Source: Sminthopsis crassicaudata
Taxonomy: Eukaryota
NCBI RefSeq assembly: GCF_048593235.1
Contig: NC_133623.1
Location: 25,908,211 to 25,972,210, forward strand
Reading direction: 5' to 3'
DNA length: 64,000 nucleotides
Shown: positions 61,913 to 64,000 of the stretch, in pieces
How positions within the stretch are numbered: the stretch's first letter is position 1
How the letters are laid out: every line of letters starts with the position of its first letter
Notes under the pieces: generated by a model
Seen by the model: the letters and a program-made list of their open reading frames with translations, nothing else
Databases searched by the model: none
Told to the model about the DNA's origin: nothing
Program-made: the position numbers and the translations under genes

Positions 61913-63385
61913 GGAGACTCGGTGACTGGGCTCCGCTTAGGTGGCCTGAGATCTCGGTGCAGCAGCAGCAGCATCTTCCGAAGCTCCTTCCCTCCGCGAC
62001 CTTTGGGAACGACCGCGCCTCCTGCCGCCATGCCATTCTCCAACAGCCACAACACGATGAAGTCCCGCTGCTCCGCCAAGGAGGAGTACCCCGACCTCTC
62101 CAACCACAACAACCACATGGCGAAGGTGCTGACACTGGAGCTCTACTTGAAACTCCGGGATAAGGCCACATCCAGCGGCTTCACTCTGGATGATGTCATT
62201 CAGACCGGCGTGGACAACCCAGGGCACCCATTCATCATGACTGTGGGCTGTGTGGCTGGAGATGAAGAGAGCTATGAGGTGTTCAAGGAACTCTTTGATC
62301 CCATCATTGAGGACCGCCATGGTGGCTACAAGCCTTCAGATGAGCATAAGACTGATCTTAACCCTGACAATCTGCAGGGTGGTGATGACCTGGATCCTAA
62401 CTATGTGCTGAGTTCTCGTGTTCAAACTGGTCGTAGCATCCGGGGGTTCTGCCTGCCTCCACATTGTAGCCGGGGCGAGCGCCGTGCAGTAGAGAAACTC
62501 TGTGGAAGCTCTGGCCAGCCTGGAAGGTGACCTGAATGGGAAGTACTACGCCTTGAAGAACATGACTGAGCAGGAACAGCAGCAGCTGATTGATGACCAC
62601 TTCCTCTTCGACAAGCCCGTCTCCCCCCTCCTCTTGGCATCTGGCATGGCCCGAGACTGGCCTGATGGCAGGGGCATTTGGCACAATGACAACAAGACCT
62701 TTCTGGTATGGATTAATGAGGAAGATCACCTGAGGGTTATCTCCATGCAGAAGGGGGGTAACATGAAAGAGGTGTTCACAAGGTTCTGCACAGGGCTCAC
62801 CCAGATTGAAACCCTTTTTAAGACCAAGAACTACGAGTTCATGTGGAACCCCCACTTGGGCTACATCCTGACCTGCCCCTCCAACCTAGGCACAGGCCTG
62901 CGTGCAGGTGTCCACATCAAACTTCCCCACCTGGGCAAGTATGAGAAGTTTGGCAAGGTGCTGAAGAAGCTGAGACTGCAGAAAAGGGGCACAGGTGGAG
63001 TGGACACAGCAGCTGTGGGTGGTGTCTTTGACATCTCCAATGCTGATCGACTGGGCTTCTCAGAGGTAGAGCTGGTGCAGATGGTGGTGGATGGTGTGAA
63101 GTTGCTCATTGAGATGGAGAAGCGTTTGGAGCAGGGCCAGTCCATCGATGACCTTATGCCAGCCCAGAAATGAGCAATTGGCCCCCTGAATTCTTCGCTT
63201 CCTAATTTATTGTATGAATGAATAACCACCATCCTTCCTGCCTGTGGTGCCCCGGGGGGGTTCCGGATGCAGCCCACCTAAATCATGCTGTAGAGAAGTC
63301 TTCCTTCCATCCTTTGGTGTTAGAGTTTTATTTTTTGATGGCTGAGATTGCTGAATGCTGAAATAAAACTATTGTTTTGGCCTGG

Positions 63386-63415
<30 letters not shown>
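61913..63415 (+). pseudogene. CKB: Processed (retrotransposed) brain-type creatine kinase copy in ATP7A intron 5, antisense to the host gene
   Basis: Intronless CKB reading frame from ATG 62030 (MPFSNSHN...) to TGA 63173 (...DDLMPAQK), 1144 nt versus the 1146 expected, with a frameshift at ~62501. 117-nt GC-rich 5' UTR, CKB-like 3' UTR, AATAAA 63362-63367, A-run 63386-63415, TSD AAAAAGCAGACAGGA at 61898-61912 and 63411-63425. Confidence 0.95.
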
Positions 63416-63416
<1 letters not shown>

Positions 63417-64000
63417 CAGACAGGAACTCCCAAAAGTCAGCAGACTGGTCCCTTTCAGGGATAGAGCAGAAAATCTCATACTCCTCCGTAACCCAAGACT
63501 ATCATTGTTTCAAAGTTCAATTCAGCTACAGATGTCAAAGACAAAAAGAAAGGTCCAATAATATACATGTACTAAAAAAAAAGTGCAAAGAACTGGAAAC
63601 AAATTGGGTACCAACTGATTGGGAAATGGCTAAACAAATGATAATATAAGAATGTGATAGACTAGATACATAATGGGACATCCATGTGGAGATGTCAAGC
63701 AGACAACTGGATATATAATCCTAGAGTTCAAGAGAGATATATGAGTATTATTTGTAGATCTGGGAACCATTTGCACAAAGACAATAGTTGAATAGATAGG
63801 ATATCACAGGATGGGAGGAGAGAGATAGAGGCACACACAGAGACAGGAACAGAGAGACAGAGAAAGAGAGAGAATGTGAACACAGGAAGAAGAAAGAAAA
63901 GAAGAGAGCCTAGGACAGATCCCTGGGGTATATCTACAAGGAAGTAAGACATGGATGAAAATTCTACAATGAGACCAAGAAGCACAGGTTAAACATATAG

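Noticed and set aside
61868-62029. 54-aa N-terminal extension of the CKB ORF
   Set aside because: It starts at a GTG in L2-derived flank and runs through the TSD and 5' UTR. The real start is gccgccATG at 62030.
61896-63277. Long minus-strand ORFs 61896-62171, 61937-62320, 62397-62855, 62422-62640 and 62861-63277, and plus-strand 61957-62163
   Set aside because: Antisense or alternative-frame shadows of the GC-rich CKB coding sequence; no independent motifs.
59521-64000. Search for ATP7A exon 5, and for PGK1 exons at the left end of the window
   Set aside because: No matching peptides were found; both lie outside the window.

Overview
Marsupial genomic DNA, most likely dasyurid X chromosome (inferred from WSINE1/MAR1-type CORE-SINEs, marsupial L1 3' ends and the ATP7A-TLR13 neighbourhood). 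Two genes lie on the minus strand. (1) The 3' part of ATP7A (Menkes copper P1B-ATPase): 18 coding exons, equivalent to human exons 6-23, from 59520 to the stop at 36697. All splice sites map and the frame is continuous (2948 coding nt), with one GC-AG intron. (2) An intact TLR13 with its ORF in one exon (probable ATG 10594, stop 7745), downstream of ATP7A as in mouse. ATP7A intron 5 carries a full-length processed CKB (brain creatine kinase) retrocopy on the plus strand, with poly(A), a perfect 15-bp TSD, one 2-bp frameshift and an R132Q change. ATP7A intron 19 carries a short degenerate duplicate of the exon-16 acceptor and DKTGT-coding segment that could act as a poison or terminal exon. Between the genes are unexplained plus-strand exon-like blocks, the best at 19418-19537. 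The rest is L1, L2, MIR/MAR1, WSINE1-type SINEs, a Tigger-like relic, microsatellites and a 176-N gap. Exon numbers and comparisons with human or mouse come from recall, not from a database search.
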